The notes under the pieces: model-generated | Told to the model about the DNA's origin: nothing | The model's input: the letters and a program-made list of their open reading frames with translations, nothing else | The model's database searches: none | From: Cereibacter sphaeroides 2.4.1 | Lineage (GTDB): Bacteria; Pseudomonadota; Alphaproteobacteria; Rhodobacterales; Rhodobacteraceae | Assembly: GCF_000012905.2 (NCBI RefSeq) | Contig: NC_007493.2 | Coordinates: 2,100,001 to 2,132,000 of the forward strand | Reading direction: 5' to 3' | Length of the DNA stretch: 32,000 nt | Translations under genes and position numbers: made by a program | Shown here: in pieces, positions 14,755 through 24,352 of the stretch | Layout: each line of letters begins with the position of its first letter | How positions within the stretch are numbered: position 1 is the stretch's first letter

Positions 14755-16026
14755 ATGAAATATATGACAACCTATGACGTCATGGAGAGTGCGCGCAACA
14801 CCAACGAGTGGCTGGGCGCAACCGCAAGGGCAATGGCCTCTTATCCGTTGTTCGCTCTCTCGATGAATCCGATGCTGGCACTGACGGCCGCCTGGGGCGA
14901 GGTGACAGAGCGCAGCTTCGCCCGCATGGTCGCCAAGCCCGACTGGGGCATCCGCTCGATCGTGGGCGACGGAGGGCAGGATCACCTGGTCGACGTGCGC
15001 ACGGTGGTGGAAAAGCCTTTCGGCAATCTGATCCAGTTCTACGTCCGCCGCCGCGAGCCCATGGCGCGCAAGGTGCTGCTGGTGGCCCCGATGTCGGGAC
15101 ATTATGCCACACTGCTGCGCTCGACCGTGCTCAGCCTGCTGCCCGACTGCGACGTCTATGTGACGGACTGGCACAATGCGCGCGACATCCCGGTCTCGGC
15201 CGGCAAGTTCGACGTCGAGGATTACACGCTCTACGTCGTCGACTTCATGCGCGCCCTCGGGCCCGAGACGAACGTGATCGCCGTCTGCCAGCCTGCGCCG
15301 CTGGTGCTGGCCGCCACGGCCTATCTGGCGGGCGAGGATCCGGCGGCGCAGCCGCGCACCCTCACGCTCATCGGCGGCCCGATCGATCCCGACGCGGCCG
15401 CGACTGAGGTCACCGACTTCGGCCGCCGCATCACGATGGGCCAGCTCGAGCAGCTGGCCATCCAGCGCGTGGGCTTCAAATACATGGGCGCCGGACGCCT
15501 GGTCTATCCGGGTCTCCTCCAGCTTCAGAGCTTCATCTCCATGAACATGGAGCGCCATTCCAAGGCGTTTCAGGAGCAGATCGTGCGCGTGGCCCGCGGG
15601 CAGGCCTCGGACCATGACGCGCACAACCGCTTCTATGACGAATATCTGGCGGTCATGGACATGACGGCGGAATTCTATCTCTCGACGGTCGAGCGCATCT
15701 TCAAGAACCGCGAGATCGCGAAGAACGAATTCACCGTGGCGGGCAAGCGGGTGGACATCGGCGCAATCACCGATGTCGCCGTGAAGACGGTCGAGGGCGA
15801 GAAGGACGACATCTCGGCCCCCGGCCAGTGCGTCGCCGCGCTGAACCTGCTCACGGGCCTGCCCGCCTCCAAGAAGGCGAGCCACCTCGAGCCCGAGGCG
15901 GGCCACTACGGGATCTTCGCCGGCAAGAGCTGGCGGCTCAACATCCGCCCGCTGGTGCTGAGCTTCATCGACGCGAACGCGCCGAAGCCCAAGCCCAAGA
16001 TCGTGCCCGCCGCCGCGGCCGGCTGA
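14755..16026 (+). CDS. phaZ: Intracellular polyhydroxyalkanoate (PHB) depolymerase PhaZ
   Basis: 423 aa, divergent from phaC. The sequence (…VAPMSGHYATLLRSTV…VTDWHNARD…VCQPAPLVLAA…) fits the intracellular PhaZ family. ATG 14755 has AGGGA 6 nt upstream. Confidence 0.85.
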   Translation: MKYMTTYDVMESARNTNEWLGATARAMASYPLFALSMNPMLALTAAWGEVTERSFARMVAKPDWGIRSIVGDGGQDHLVDVRTVVEKPFGNLIQFYVRRREPMARKVLLVAPMSGHYATLLRSTVLSLLPDCDVYVTDWHNARDIPVSAGKFDVEDYTLYVVDFMRALGPETNVIAVCQPAPLVLAATAYLAGEDPAAQPRTLTLIGGPIDPDAAATEVTDFGRRITMGQLEQLAIQRVGFKYMGAGRLVYPGLLQLQSFISMNMERHSKAFQEQIVRVARGQASDHDAHNRFYDEYLAVMDMTAEFYLSTVERIFKNREIAKNEFTVAGKRVDIGAITDVAVKTVEGEKDDISAPGQCVAALNLLTGLPASKKASHLEPEAGHYGIFAGKSWRLNIRPLVLSFIDANAPKPKPKIVPAAAAG

Positions 16027-16041
16027 TCCGCCTCAAACAAG

Positions 16042-16063
16042 AAGGGCGCCGCGAGGCGCCCTT
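16042..16063. terminator. Bidirectional terminator between convergent phaZ and the hydrolase gene
   Basis: AAGGGCGCC-gcga-GGCGCCCTT is a 9-bp stem. The T-rich tail is CTTGTTTG on the minus strand and TCCCGTT on the plus strand. Confidence 0.6.
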
Positions 16064-16093
16064 TCCCGTTCCGGCAGGGGCTCGGCCTGCGGC

Positions 16094-16840
16094 TCAGCGC
16101 GCCAGCAGCTCCTCGACCGCCTGCTCGATCATCCGCAGGCACTCCGGCGTCGAGAAGCGGTGGTCGGCGCCCTTCACCAGCGTCAGGCGGATGTCGGGCC
16201 CCGTCGCATGATCCAGCAGCCGCAGCGCGACCGAGGGCGGCACGTCCACATCCGCCGTCCCCTGCAGCAGACGCACCGGGAAGCCGAGCTCCAGCGGATC
16301 GCGCAGCACGAGCCTCCTGCGCCCCTCCTCGATCAGGCGGCGGGTGATGATGTAGGGCTCTTCGGAATAGTCGGACGGCAGGATCACCTGCCCCGCCCGT
16401 TGCAACGCCTCGCGCTGCGCCGCGTTGAAGCCGCCCCACATGCTGTCCTCGGTGAAGTCGGGCGCGGCCGCGATGCCGACGAGGCCCGCCACCCGCGCGC
16501 CCATCTCGCGGGCAAGGAGCAGCGAGATCCAGCCCCCCATCGAGGATCCGACGAGCAGCAGCGGGCCGGCGAGCAGGCCGCAGACGGCGCGGGCATCCTC
16601 GAACCAGTCGCCGATGGACCCGTCGAGGAAGGCGCCCTCCGACTGCCCGTGCCCGGAATAGTCGAAGCGCAGGAAGGCCCGGCCGGTGCGTTCGGCCCAC
16701 GCCTGCAGATGCAGGGCCTTCGTCCCCTCCATGTCCGACTTGAAACCGCCGCAGAAGACCACCGCGGGCCCTTCCCCGTCGGTCAGACGGTAGGCAATGC
16801 GACGGCCCTCGGGCGTCACGAGAAAGCTGGGCTCGGTCAT
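16094..16840 (-). CDS. Alpha/beta-fold hydrolase (unknown substrate)
   Basis: 248 aa from ATG 16840 (MTEPSF...) with AAGGAGG 6 nt upstream. Nucleophile elbow GSSMGG and C-terminal GADHRF are present. The track start at 17062 would run into the thrS start region. Confidence 0.75.
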   Translation of the reverse strand: MTEPSFLVTPEGRRIAYRLTDGEGPAVVFCGGFKSDMEGTKALHLQAWAERTGRAFLRFDYSGHGQSEGAFLDGSIGDWFEDARAVCGLLAGPLLLVGSSMGGWISLLLAREMGARVAGLVGIAAAPDFTEDSMWGGFNAAQREALQRAGQVILPSDYSEEPYIITRRLIEEGRRRLVLRDPLELGFPVRLLQGTADVDVPPSVALRLLDHATGPDIRLTLVKGADHRFSTPECLRMIEQAVEELLAR

Positions 16841-17000
16841 GGGCACCTCCTTTTTCATCGGCTTAGCAAAGCCGCGCCCTCCGGGCCACCTCCGGCACCT
16901 GTCGCGCGTTGACTTTCCCGGGTGCGCGGCGCAGAAGCGGGCGGCACATAACCCGCAACCGGGCGCAATCGTAGGCGCCAAACCGACGAGGAGAGCCGCA

Positions 17001-18941
17001 ATGGCCCAGATTTCCCTCACATTTCCGGACGGCAAGGCACGCGAGTTTCCCGCCGGCATCACCCCTGCCGAAGTGGCGGCCTCGATCTCGACCAGCCTCG
17101 GGAAAAAGGCGATCTCGGCCAGCGTGGACGGCCGGCATTACGACCTGCAATGGCCCATCGAGACGGATGCCAAGATCGCCATTCACACGATGGCCGACGA
17201 GGCGCAGGCGCTCGAACTGATCCGGCACGATCTCGCCCACATCATGGCCCGCGCCGTCCAGGAGCTCTGGCCCGACGTGAAGGTCACCATCGGCCCGGTG
17301 GTGGCGAACGGCTGGTATTACGACTTCGACCGCGAGGAAACCTTCACGCCCGAGGATCTCGGCGCCATCGAGAAGCGGATGAAGGAGATCATCAACGCCC
17401 GCGAGGCGGTGAAGACCGAGCTCTGGGAGCGCGCCCGCGCCATCGCCTATTACGAAGAGCGCGGCGAGCCCTTCAAGGTCGAGCTGGTGCAGGCCATCCC
17501 CGAGGATCAGTCGATCCGCATGTACTGGCACGGCGGCTGGCAGGATCTGTGCCGCGGCCCGCATCTCCAGCACACGGGGCAGGTTCCGGCGGATGCGTTC
17601 AAGCTGATGTCGGTGGCCGGCGCCTACTGGCGCGGCGACAGCGCCAACAAGCAGCTTCAGCGCATCTATGGCGTCGCCTTTAAGACCCGCGACGAGCTGA
17701 AGGCCTATCTGCACATGCTGGAAGAGGCCGCCAAGCGCGACCACCGCAAGCTCGGCCGCGAGATGGAGCTGTTCCATCTGCAGGAAGAGGCGCCGGGCAT
17801 GGTGTTCTGGCACCCGAACGGCTGGCAGATCTACCGCACGCTGGAAGATTACATGCGCGGCCGGCTGCGTCAGGCGGGTTACAAGGAGATCCGCACGCCG
17901 CAGGTGGTGGACCGCAAGCTCTGGGAGGCCTCGGGCCACTGGGAGGCCTACAAGGAGAACATGTTCATCGTCGAGGTCGAGGAGGAACATGCCAAGGAAA
18001 AGCGCATCAACGCGCTGAAGCCGATGAACTGCCCCTGCCATGTTCAGGTCTACAACCAGGGCCTCAAATCCTACCGCGACCTGCCGCTCCGGCTGGCCGA
18101 ATTCGGCTCGTGCCACCGCTACGAATCGTCAGGGAGCATGCACGGCCTGATGCGGGTGCGCGGCTTCGTGCAGGACGACGCCCACATCTTCTGCACCGAG
18201 GACCAGATCGAGAGCGAATGCGCCGCGTTCATCGAACTCTTGTCGAGCGTCTACAAGGACCTCGGCTTCGACAGTTTCGAGATCAAGCTCTCGACCCGCC
18301 CCGAGGTCCGCATCGGATCGGACGAGGCCTGGGACAAGGTCGAGACGGCGCTCGAGAATGCGATCAGGAAGGTGGGCGCCGCCTATGAGATCGACCCGGG
18401 CGAAGGCGCCTTCTACGGGCCGAAGCTCGACTTCAAGCTGACCGATGCCATCGGGCGCAAATGGCAGTGCGGCACCTTCCAGGTCGACCCGAACCTGCCC
18501 ACCCGGCTCGGGGCCGAATATATCGGCGAGGACGGCGCCAAGCACCGGCCCTACATGCTGCACCGGGCGATCCTCGGAAGCTTCGAGCGCTTCATCGGCA
18601 TCCTGATCGAGAACTATGCCGGCAAGCTGCCCTTCTGGCTCGCGCCGCGGCAGGTGGTGGTGGCCTCGATCGTGTCGGACGCCGATCCTTATGTGGCCGA
18701 AGTGGTGGCGGCGCTGCGGGCCCGCGGCGTGCGCGCCGAGGCCGATACGCGGAACGAAAAGATCAACTACAAGGTCCGCGAGCACTCCGTGGGCAAGGTT
18801 CCGGTGATCCTCGCCATCGGGATGCAGGAGGTCGAGGCGCGCTCGGTGTCCGTGCGGCGCCTCGGCGAGACGCGGACGGAATCGATGGGCCTCGATCAGG
18901 TGGTGGACCAGCTGGCCGCGGATGCCCGAATCCCGGGGTGA
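17001..18941 (+). CDS. thrS: Threonine--tRNA ligase
   Basis: 646 aa from ATG 17001 ([16 protein letters not shown]..., TGS domain), with GAGGAGAG Shine-Dalgarno. Class-II aaRS motifs are present ([52 protein letters not shown]). Confidence 0.95.
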   Translation: MAQISLTFPDGKAREFPAGITPAEVAASISTSLGKKAISASVDGRHYDLQWPIETDAKIAIHTMADEAQALELIRHDLAHIMARAVQELWPDVKVTIGPVVANGWYYDFDREETFTPEDLGAIEKRMKEIINAREAVKTELWERARAIAYYEERGEPFKVELVQAIPEDQSIRMYWHGGWQDLCRGPHLQHTGQVPADAFKLMSVAGAYWRGDSANKQLQRIYGVAFKTRDELKAYLHMLEEAAKRDHRKLGREMELFHLQEEAPGMVFWHPNGWQIYRTLEDYMRGRLRQAGYKEIRTPQVVDRKLWEASGHWEAYKENMFIVEVEEEHAKEKRINALKPMNCPCHVQVYNQGLKSYRDLPLRLAEFGSCHRYESSGSMHGLMRVRGFVQDDAHIFCTEDQIESECAAFIELLSSVYKDLGFDSFEIKLSTRPEVRIGSDEAWDKVETALENAIRKVGAAYEIDPGEGAFYGPKLDFKLTDAIGRKWQCGTFQVDPNLPTRLGAEYIGEDGAKHRPYMLHRAILGSFERFIGILIENYAGKLPFWLAPRQVVVASIVSDADPYVAEVVAALRARGVRAEADTRNEKINYKVREHSVGKVPVILAIGMQEVEARSVSVRRLGETRTESMGLDQVVDQLAADARIPG

Positions 18942-18996
18942 TTCCCGGCCTGTCGGCGGGTTGTCGCTCATCTCCCGCCGACGCCGCCCTGCCCGC

Positions 18997-19023
18997 GCCG
19001 GGCGCGTCCTGCACGCGCCCGGC
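18997..19023 (+). terminator. Strong GC hairpin downstream of thrS (GCCGGGCGCGT-cctgc-ACGCGCCCGGC); no U-tract
   Basis: Perfect 11-bp stem, 56 nt after the thrS stop. A weaker hairpin, CGGCGGG-N13-CCCGCCG, lies at 18954-18980. Confidence 0.35.
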
Positions 19024-19450
19024 CCCGCGGTCCGGCCGCTCCCCCGCCGGGCCGGAGGACCTTTTGCCCGCGCGCGGGAGAGTCTGAGATCGGCTCTTGC
19101 GGACTCCCGCAATAGGAGTGCATAATCAACCTGTTGGGGTGGAGATACCACTCATACGACGCGTCCATTGGCCCCATGCCATCCGACCGCAGTCGCATTT
19201 AACTCGTTCACAATACCCAGCCAGGGTCCGCCCGAAAGCCAGGTTCAGGACATCTGCCCAGCCGCCGGCCGAATGCTGTTCTGCGGCCCTTCTCCTTTGC
19301 CGCTTGATTTTCGGCGGCGCTTTGGCATCCTTTCGAGCGTGATAACAGACGTTCTGACGCTTTCCTGTTTCCAGGGCATACGCGGAGAACCTGGATGCAC
19401 GGCCCGTGGCAATCACGCTGCGGGTGAAGGCTGACGAAGGGAGAGACGGA

Positions 19451-19657
19451 ATGCCGACGGGCACCGTGAAATGGTTCAACAGTACGAAGGGCTTCGGCTT
19501 CATCGCCCCCGATGATGGCGGCAAGGACGTTTTCGTCCACATCTCGGCGGTCGAACGTGCCGGCCTGAAGGGACTCAGCGACAACCAGAAGATCGGTTAC
19601 GAACTGCAGTCCGGCCGCGACGGACGCTCCTCTGCAGGCGATCTGCGGCTGCTGTAA
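19451..19657 (+). CDS. cspA: Cold-shock protein (CspA family)
   Basis: 68 aa. MPTGTVKWFNSTKGFGFIAPDDGGKDVFVHISAV contains the RNP1 (KGFGFI) and RNP2 (VFVHI) motifs. GGGAGAGACGGA precedes the ATG. The track start at 19406 is an over-extension. Confidence 0.9.
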   Translation: MPTGTVKWFNSTKGFGFIAPDDGGKDVFVHISAVERAGLKGLSDNQKIGYELQSGRDGRSSAGDLRLL

Positions 19658-19717
19658 GGCAACCAAGCGCGTGTGACGCAGTGACGACGAGACAGCCTGC
19701 CGCCCCGTGGGCTGCTC

Positions 19718-20044
19718 TCACCCCAGAAGCCGGCGCTGCACGCCCGCATCCCACCCCAGGAACAGCCCTTCCTCCGTACGGATCACCGGACGCTTCATCA
19801 GCGTCGGCTGGGCGGCCAGCTGCGCCTCCGGCTCCGAGGCCTTCAGCCAGTCCGACAGGCCGCGCCAGGTGGTCGACTGGCGATTGACGATCGCATCGCC
19901 GAATTCGGTGACCAGCTCCGAGATCTCGCTCTCGCTGAGGGGGGCCGCCCGGACGTCCCGGAACTCGACGCTGTGGCCGGCGGCCTCCAGCGCCTTCAGC
20001 GCCTTCTTGCAGGTGTCGCAGGTGGAGATGCCGTAAAGGATCAT
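19718..20044 (-). CDS. ArsC/Spx-family thioredoxin-fold protein (YffB-like)
   Basis: 108 aa from ATG 20044. MILYGISTCDTCKKALKALEAAG is the YffB/ArsC-family N-terminal motif, and ...TLMKRPVI is the conserved C-terminal segment. Confidence 0.75.
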   Translation of the reverse strand: MILYGISTCDTCKKALKALEAAGHSVEFRDVRAAPLSESEISELVTEFGDAIVNRQSTTWRGLSDWLKASEPEAQLAAQPTLMKRPVIRTEEGLFLGWDAGVQRRLLG

Positions 20045-20110
20045 GGAGAGGGTCCGTATCGCGGGGTGCGGGCACAGTGATGCCAGAATCGCGCCGCCGC
20101 GCAAGCTCTC

Positions 20111-20515
20111 TCAGACCGGAGCGATCCAACGTGTGACCGCCACGCCCACCCAGGCCGACGTGCCAGTGAGGACGGTGCCCCAGGCCAGATCCACCACCAC
20201 CATCGTCGGATGCCAGTCGCGCAGGATCGTGTAGCTCGTGAGCTCGTAGGTCCCGTAGGCCACGGCCCCCAGCACCGCACCGGCCACCAGCGCCTGCATC
20301 GGCGCCCCCGCCTTCAGCGCAGGCCAGGAGACCAGCCAGATCAGGCCCGCCAGATAGCCGAGGTAGAACAGAACCGCCGGCCCCATGCGCGGGCTTTCGA
20401 GCATCAGCGGCCCGATATGGGCCTCGAACAGGGGCTTCATCACGCGCGACAGCATCAGCGCGTCGAGCCCGGCGAAGACGAGGCCGGTGACGAGGACGAG
20501 AAGGACAAGACTCAT
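20111..20515 (-). CDS. Small integral membrane protein (DUF2177-like by recollection)
   Basis: 134 aa with about four hydrophobic segments. ATG 20515 has AGGAG 7 nt upstream. It lies 33 nt downstream of folA on the same strand. Confidence 0.6.
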   Translation of the reverse strand: MSLVLLVLVTGLVFAGLDALMLSRVMKPLFEAHIGPLMLESPRMGPAVLFYLGYLAGLIWLVSWPALKAGAPMQALVAGAVLGAVAYGTYELTSYTILRDWHPTMVVVDLAWGTVLTGTSAWVGVAVTRWIAPV

Positions 20516-20548
20516 GCACAACTCCTGGGGATCAAGCGAGCCCCAGTA

Positions 20549-21028
20549 TCAACGCCGGCGCAGGTATTCGTAAAGCACGCAGGCGGGGGCCTCGGAACGA
20601 AGCGCGATGCGGGTCGCAAGGTTCCAGTCCTTCGGATCGAACGCGGGGAAGAACGTATCCGCATCCGGCACCTCGAGATCGACCTCGGTCACGAGAAGAC
20701 GATCCGCAAGCGGCAGATGCTCCGAGAAGACGCGCGCCCCGCCGATGGAATAGATCCGCGCATGTCCCGCCGCTTCCGCCGCGGGAATGGCCGCCTCGAA
20801 GGAGGTGAAGAGCGCGTCGCCTTCCAGCGGCTGCGAGGTCACCACGATGTTCATCCGCCGCGGCAGCGGCCGCTTCGGCAAGCTCTCCCAGGTACGCCGC
20901 CCCATGATGACCGCCCCGCCCAGCGTCTCGCGCTGGAAGAAGGCCAGATCCTCCGGCGCGGCCCAGGGGATAGTGCCGTCCCGGCCGATCGCCCCGCCCC
21001 GCGCCCGTGCCACCACCAGCGTCAGCAT
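20549..21028 (-). CDS. folA: Dihydrofolate reductase
   Basis: 159 aa. MLTLVVARARGGAIGRDGTIPWAAPEDLAFFQRETLGGAVIMGRRTWESLP is the canonical DHFR N-terminus. It lies inside the over-long track ORF 20549..21535, and its ATG shares one base with the thyA stop (TGATG). Confidence 0.9.
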   Translation of the reverse strand: MLTLVVARARGGAIGRDGTIPWAAPEDLAFFQRETLGGAVIMGRRTWESLPKRPLPRRMNIVVTSQPLEGDALFTSFEAAIPAAEAAGHARIYSIGGARVFSEHLPLADRLLVTEVDLEVPDADTFFPAFDPKDWNLATRIALRSEAPACVLYEYLRRR

Positions 21029-21924
21029 CAGACCGCCACCTCCGCCGCGATCGCCGGATGGGGGTCGTAGCCCTCCACCGCGAAATCCTCGATGCGGTAA
21101 TCGTCGATGCTGTCCGCCCGCCGCAGGAGACGCATCCGGGGCCAGTCCCGCGGCGCCCGGCCCGTCTGCTCGCGCGCCTGATCGAGATGGTTGAGGTAGA
21201 GATGCGTGTCGCCCCCCACCCAGACCAGATCGCCCGGCACGAGCCCGGCCTGCTGCGCGATCATGAGTTGCAGAGCCGCGGCCCCCACGAAATTGAACGG
21301 CGCCCCGAGCAGAAGGTCGACCGACCGCTGGTAGAGAAGCGCATTCAGCCGCCCGTCCGAAGTCACATGATACTGATAGACCATGTGGCAGGGCGGCAGC
21401 GCCATCTGCCCCACCTCCGCCACGTTCCACGCATGAAACAGCATCCGCCGGCTCGACGGATTGGTCCGCAGTGTCTCGATCAGGGCCGCGATCTGGTCGT
21501 GCTCGTGCCCGTCGGGCCCGAGCCAGCGCCGCCATTGCTTGCCATAGACGGGCCCGAGCTCGCCCCAGCGCGCGGCGAAAGCCTCATCCTCGAGGACGCG
21601 CTGCTCGAACGCGGCCTGAGAGATCTCCTCGCCGCTCTCCCGCCGGTAGGCGGCCAGCGGCCAGTCGCTCCAGATCCGCACATTCTCCTGCAGGAGCGGC
21701 CGGATGTTGGTGCCCCCGGTGAGGAACCAGAGCATCTCCTTCACCGCCGTCTTCCAGTAGACGCGTTTGGTGGTCAGGATCGGCACCTGTCCACCGGACA
21801 GGTCGAACCGCAGCATCGCCCCGAACAGCGAGAGCGTCCCCACCCCGGTCCGGTCAACCCGCCGGTCGCCCCGCTCCAGCGTCTGGGCCAGAAGGTCGAG
21901 ATACTGCTGTTCCGGATGTGCCAT
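21028..21924 (-). CDS. thyA: Thymidylate synthase (ThyA type, long form)
   Basis: 298 aa from ATG 21924 ([12 protein letters not shown]...) with a GGGAGAGGGAG Shine-Dalgarno. It has the catalytic-Cys motif ALPPCH, plus GPVYGKQWR and GGDTHLY. The track start at 21954 would overlap repeat copy C. Confidence 0.9.
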   Translation of the reverse strand: [298 protein letters not shown]

Positions 21925-21947
21925 GCTGCTCCCTCTCCCGCCGCGCG

Positions 21948-22003
21948 CTTTCACGCTGGCGCAAATATCCCGGGGGTCCGGGGGCAGAGCCCCCGGGGGT
22001 TCC
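21948..22003 (-). repeat. Intergenic hairpin-plus-tail element, copy C
   Basis: The reverse complement reads GGAACCCCCGGGGGCtctGCCCCCGGACCCCCGGGATATTTGCGCCAGCGTGAAAG. It lies in the thyA/gloA divergent spacer. Confidence 0.8.
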
Positions 22004-22210
22004 TACAGAGTCACGCCGCGCGGGACAATCACTTCCGGCAGCACGAGGCCATTCGGGCGCCTTCCGCGATGACGGCAGCCGAAGGACCCCTCCTCGACCA
22101 GCCGACCGCGGGGTTTGCCCCGAAGCGCGCAAGACCATGACGCCGCTGCGACCGTTTCCTTTCCGCCCGCGCGTGCTAGCTTGCGCGCCAAACCAGCTGG
22201 AAGGGACAAC

Positions 22211-22639
22211 ATGCAGGTCAAATATCTTCACACCATGGTCCGGGTCCTCGACCTCGAGAAGAGCATCGCCTTCTTCCGCCTCCTCGGGCTCGAGGAGACC
22301 CGCCGCACGGAGAGCGAGACGGGGCGCTTCACCCTGGTCTTCATGGCCCCGCCGGGCCAGCCGGAATGCCCGGTCGAACTCACCTACAACTGGGACGGCG
22401 ACGAGGGATTGCCTTCGGACAGCCGCCATTTCGGCCATCTGGCCTATGCGGTCGAGGATATCTACGACATGTGCGCCAGGCTGCAGGCGGCGGGTGTCAC
22501 GATCAACCGTCCGCCGCGCGACGGCCACATGGCCTTCGTCCGCAGCCCGGACAATATCTCGATCGAACTCCTGCAGATGGGCGACAGCCTGCCTCCGGCC
22601 GAGCCCTGGAGCTCGATGCAGAACACCGGCCACTGGTGA
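22211..22639 (+). CDS. gloA: Lactoylglutathione lyase / VOC-family glyoxalase I
   Basis: 142 aa. MQVKYLHTMVRVLDLEKSIAFFRLLGL...ELTYNWD...FGHLAYAVEDIY...GHMAFVRSPDNISIELLQ is the GloA pattern, including the metal ligands. GGAAGGGA precedes the ATG. Confidence 0.85.
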   Translation: MQVKYLHTMVRVLDLEKSIAFFRLLGLEETRRTESETGRFTLVFMAPPGQPECPVELTYNWDGDEGLPSDSRHFGHLAYAVEDIYDMCARLQAAGVTINRPPRDGHMAFVRSPDNISIELLQMGDSLPPAEPWSSMQNTGHW

Positions 22640-22705
22640 CGGCCCGCGCAGTTTCCTTGAGGGTCCGTCTTCCCGGCGCGCCGGGAGGTCCGGGGCCGGT
22701 CCTGC

Positions 22706-22767
22706 GGAACCCGCGGGGGGCTTTCCGCCCCCCGCACCCCCCGAGGATATTTGAGCCAGAATGAAGG
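22706..22767 (+). repeat. Intergenic hairpin-plus-tail element, copy B (best-preserved)
   Basis: GGAACCCGCGGGGGGCtttccGCCCCCCGCACCCCCCGAGGATATTTGAGCCAGAATGAAGG. It has a 9-bp stem (22712-22720 / 22726-22734+). It lies between convergent gloA and ribD. Confidence 0.85.
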
Positions 22768-22799
22768 GGAGGGCTGTGGGCTGGGCTCAGGCGGCTCCG

Positions 22800-23888
22800 T
22801 CAGAGCCTCTGCCAGCGGGCCAGCAGATCCCCCCCCACCGTGTCGAGGGAGGCCAGCCGGTAGGCCGGCGCTTCGGCCAGCCGGGCGAGGCGCAGCGCGC
22901 CCATCGCGCCGCGCCCTTCCTCGCCGATGAGCTTGCCCGCGGTGAAGGTGACGAGCTCGTCGCAGAGCCCCGCCCGCACCAGTGCGGCGCCGAGCCGGGC
23001 CCCGCCCTCGCAGAAGATCCGGGTGAGACCCTCGGCGGCAAGGCGGCGCAGAACCGCCTCGGCCTCGAGCCCGTCGGGGCCTGCCGGACATTCGAGCAGG
23101 ATCGCGCCCGAGGCCGCCCAGGCCGCGCGCGCGGCCTCGGGCGCGGCCGGCCCATGGCAGAGCCAGACCGGCACCTGCCGCGCGGTGCGGCCAAGCCGGC
23201 TGTCGGGCGCGTGCCGCAGGAGGCTGTCCACCACGATCCGCACCGGCTGGTGTCCGGAGCCAAGATCGCGCACCGAAAGATCCGGGTCGTCCGCGATGGC
23301 GGTGCCCACCCCCACCATCACCGCATCGTGGCGCATCCGCATCGCATGAACCGCCCGGCGCGCGAGGCTGCCGGTGATCCAGCGGCTCTCTCCCGAGGCG
23401 GTGGCAATGCGCCCGTCGAGCGTGGCCGCGAGCTTCAGCGTGACGAAGGGCAGCCCTTCGGTCACGCGTTTCTGGAAGCCCGCATGGGCCGTGCGCGCCT
23501 CGGCCTCGAGCACCCGTTCGGTGACGGCGATGCCGGCCTCCCGCAGCATCGCATGACCCCGTCCCGAGACACGGGGATCCGGGTCTCCCGTGGCGGTCAC
23601 CACCCGGGCGAGACCGGCCGCGATCAGCGCCTCGGCGCAGGGCGGCGTTCGGCCATGGTGCGAGCAGGGTTCGAGCGTGACATAGGCGGTGGCGCCCAGC
23701 GCCGCCGCGCCGGCCTGGGCCAGCGCCACCGGCTCGGCATGGGGACGCCCGCCGGGGCAAGTCCAGCCGCGGCCCACCACGCGGCCAGCCTTCACGATGA
23801 CACAGCCCACCGCCGGGTTGGGCCAGGTCCGCCCGAGCCCGCGCGCGCCCAGCCGGAGCGCGTGGGCCATGTGATCCGCGTCGGTCAC
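22800..23888 (-). CDS. ribD: Bifunctional riboflavin biosynthesis protein RibD (deaminase/reductase)
   Basis: The deaminase zinc motifs are present (HAEPVAL...[18 protein letters not shown]), followed by the reductase domain ([13 protein letters not shown]...). Start is either GTG 23888, which overlaps the nrdR stop as GTGA, or ATG 23870. The track ORF to 24440 is an over-extension across nrdR in another frame. Confidence 0.85.
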   Translation of the reverse strand: MTDADHMAHALRLGARGLGRTWPNPAVGCVIVKAGRVVGRGWTCPGGRPHAEPVALAQAGAAALGATAYVTLEPCSHHGRTPPCAEALIAAGLARVVTATGDPDPRVSGRGHAMLREAGIAVTERVLEAEARTAHAGFQKRVTEGLPFVTLKLAATLDGRIATASGESRWITGSLARRAVHAMRMRHDAVMVGVGTAIADDPDLSVRDLGSGHQPVRIVVDSLLRHAPDSRLGRTARQVPVWLCHGPAAPEAARAAWAASGAILLECPAGPDGLEAEAVLRRLAAEGLTRIFCEGGARLGAALVRAGLCDELVTFTAGKLIGEEGRGAMGALRLARLAEAPAYRLASLDTVGGDLLARWQRL

Positions 23889-24352
23889 TCTTCCGCGGGG
23901 GCCGACGGGCGCAGCTCGGAGACGAACTTGTCGAAGTCGTCCGCTGCCTGGAAGTTCTTGTAGACGCTCGCGAAGCGGACGTAGGCCACCGTGTCGATCC
24001 GCGCGAGGCTCTCCATCACGATCTCGCCGATCACCTTCGAGGGGATGTCGGTGTCGCCGAGGCTCTCCAGCCGCCGGACGATGCCCGAGATCATCTGGTC
24101 GATCCGCTCCGGCTCGATCGGCCGTTTCTGCATGGCGATGCGGATCGAGCGTTCGAGCTTCGTGCGGTCGAAATCCTCGCGCTTGCCCGAGGATTTGATC
24201 ACGACGAGATCGCGCAGCTGCACCCGCTCGTAGGTGGTGAACCGGCCCCCGCAGGCCGGGCAGAACCGGCGGCGGCGGATCGAGACATGATCCTCGGCCG
24301 GGCGGCTGTCTTTCACTTGAGTATCGATATTTCCGCAGAACGGGCAGCGCAT
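23885..24352 (-). CDS. nrdR: Transcriptional repressor NrdR
   Basis: 155 aa from ATG 24352. [17 protein letters not shown]...[17 protein letters not shown] is the NrdR zinc ribbon, followed by an ATP-cone. GAGGGAGGGAG Shine-Dalgarno is present, and nrdR-ribD synteny is widely conserved. Confidence 0.9.
   Translation of the reverse strand: MRCPFCGNIDTQVKDSRPAEDHVSIRRRRFCPACGGRFTTYERVQLRDLVVIKSSGKREDFDRTKLERSIRIAMQKRPIEPERIDQMISGIVRRLESLGDTDIPSKVIGEIVMESLARIDTVAYVRFASVYKNFQAADDFDKFVSELRPSAPAEE

Noticed and set aside
16797-17062. Track start codons that make thrS (16797) and the alpha/beta hydrolase (17062) overlap head-to-head by about 265 nt.
   Set aside because: Both genes have internal starts with strong Shine-Dalgarno sequences and family-typical N-termini. 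For thrS this is ATG 17001 after GAGGAGAG. For the hydrolase it is ATG 16840 after AAGGAGG. The extensions are Arg/Pro/Gly-rich.
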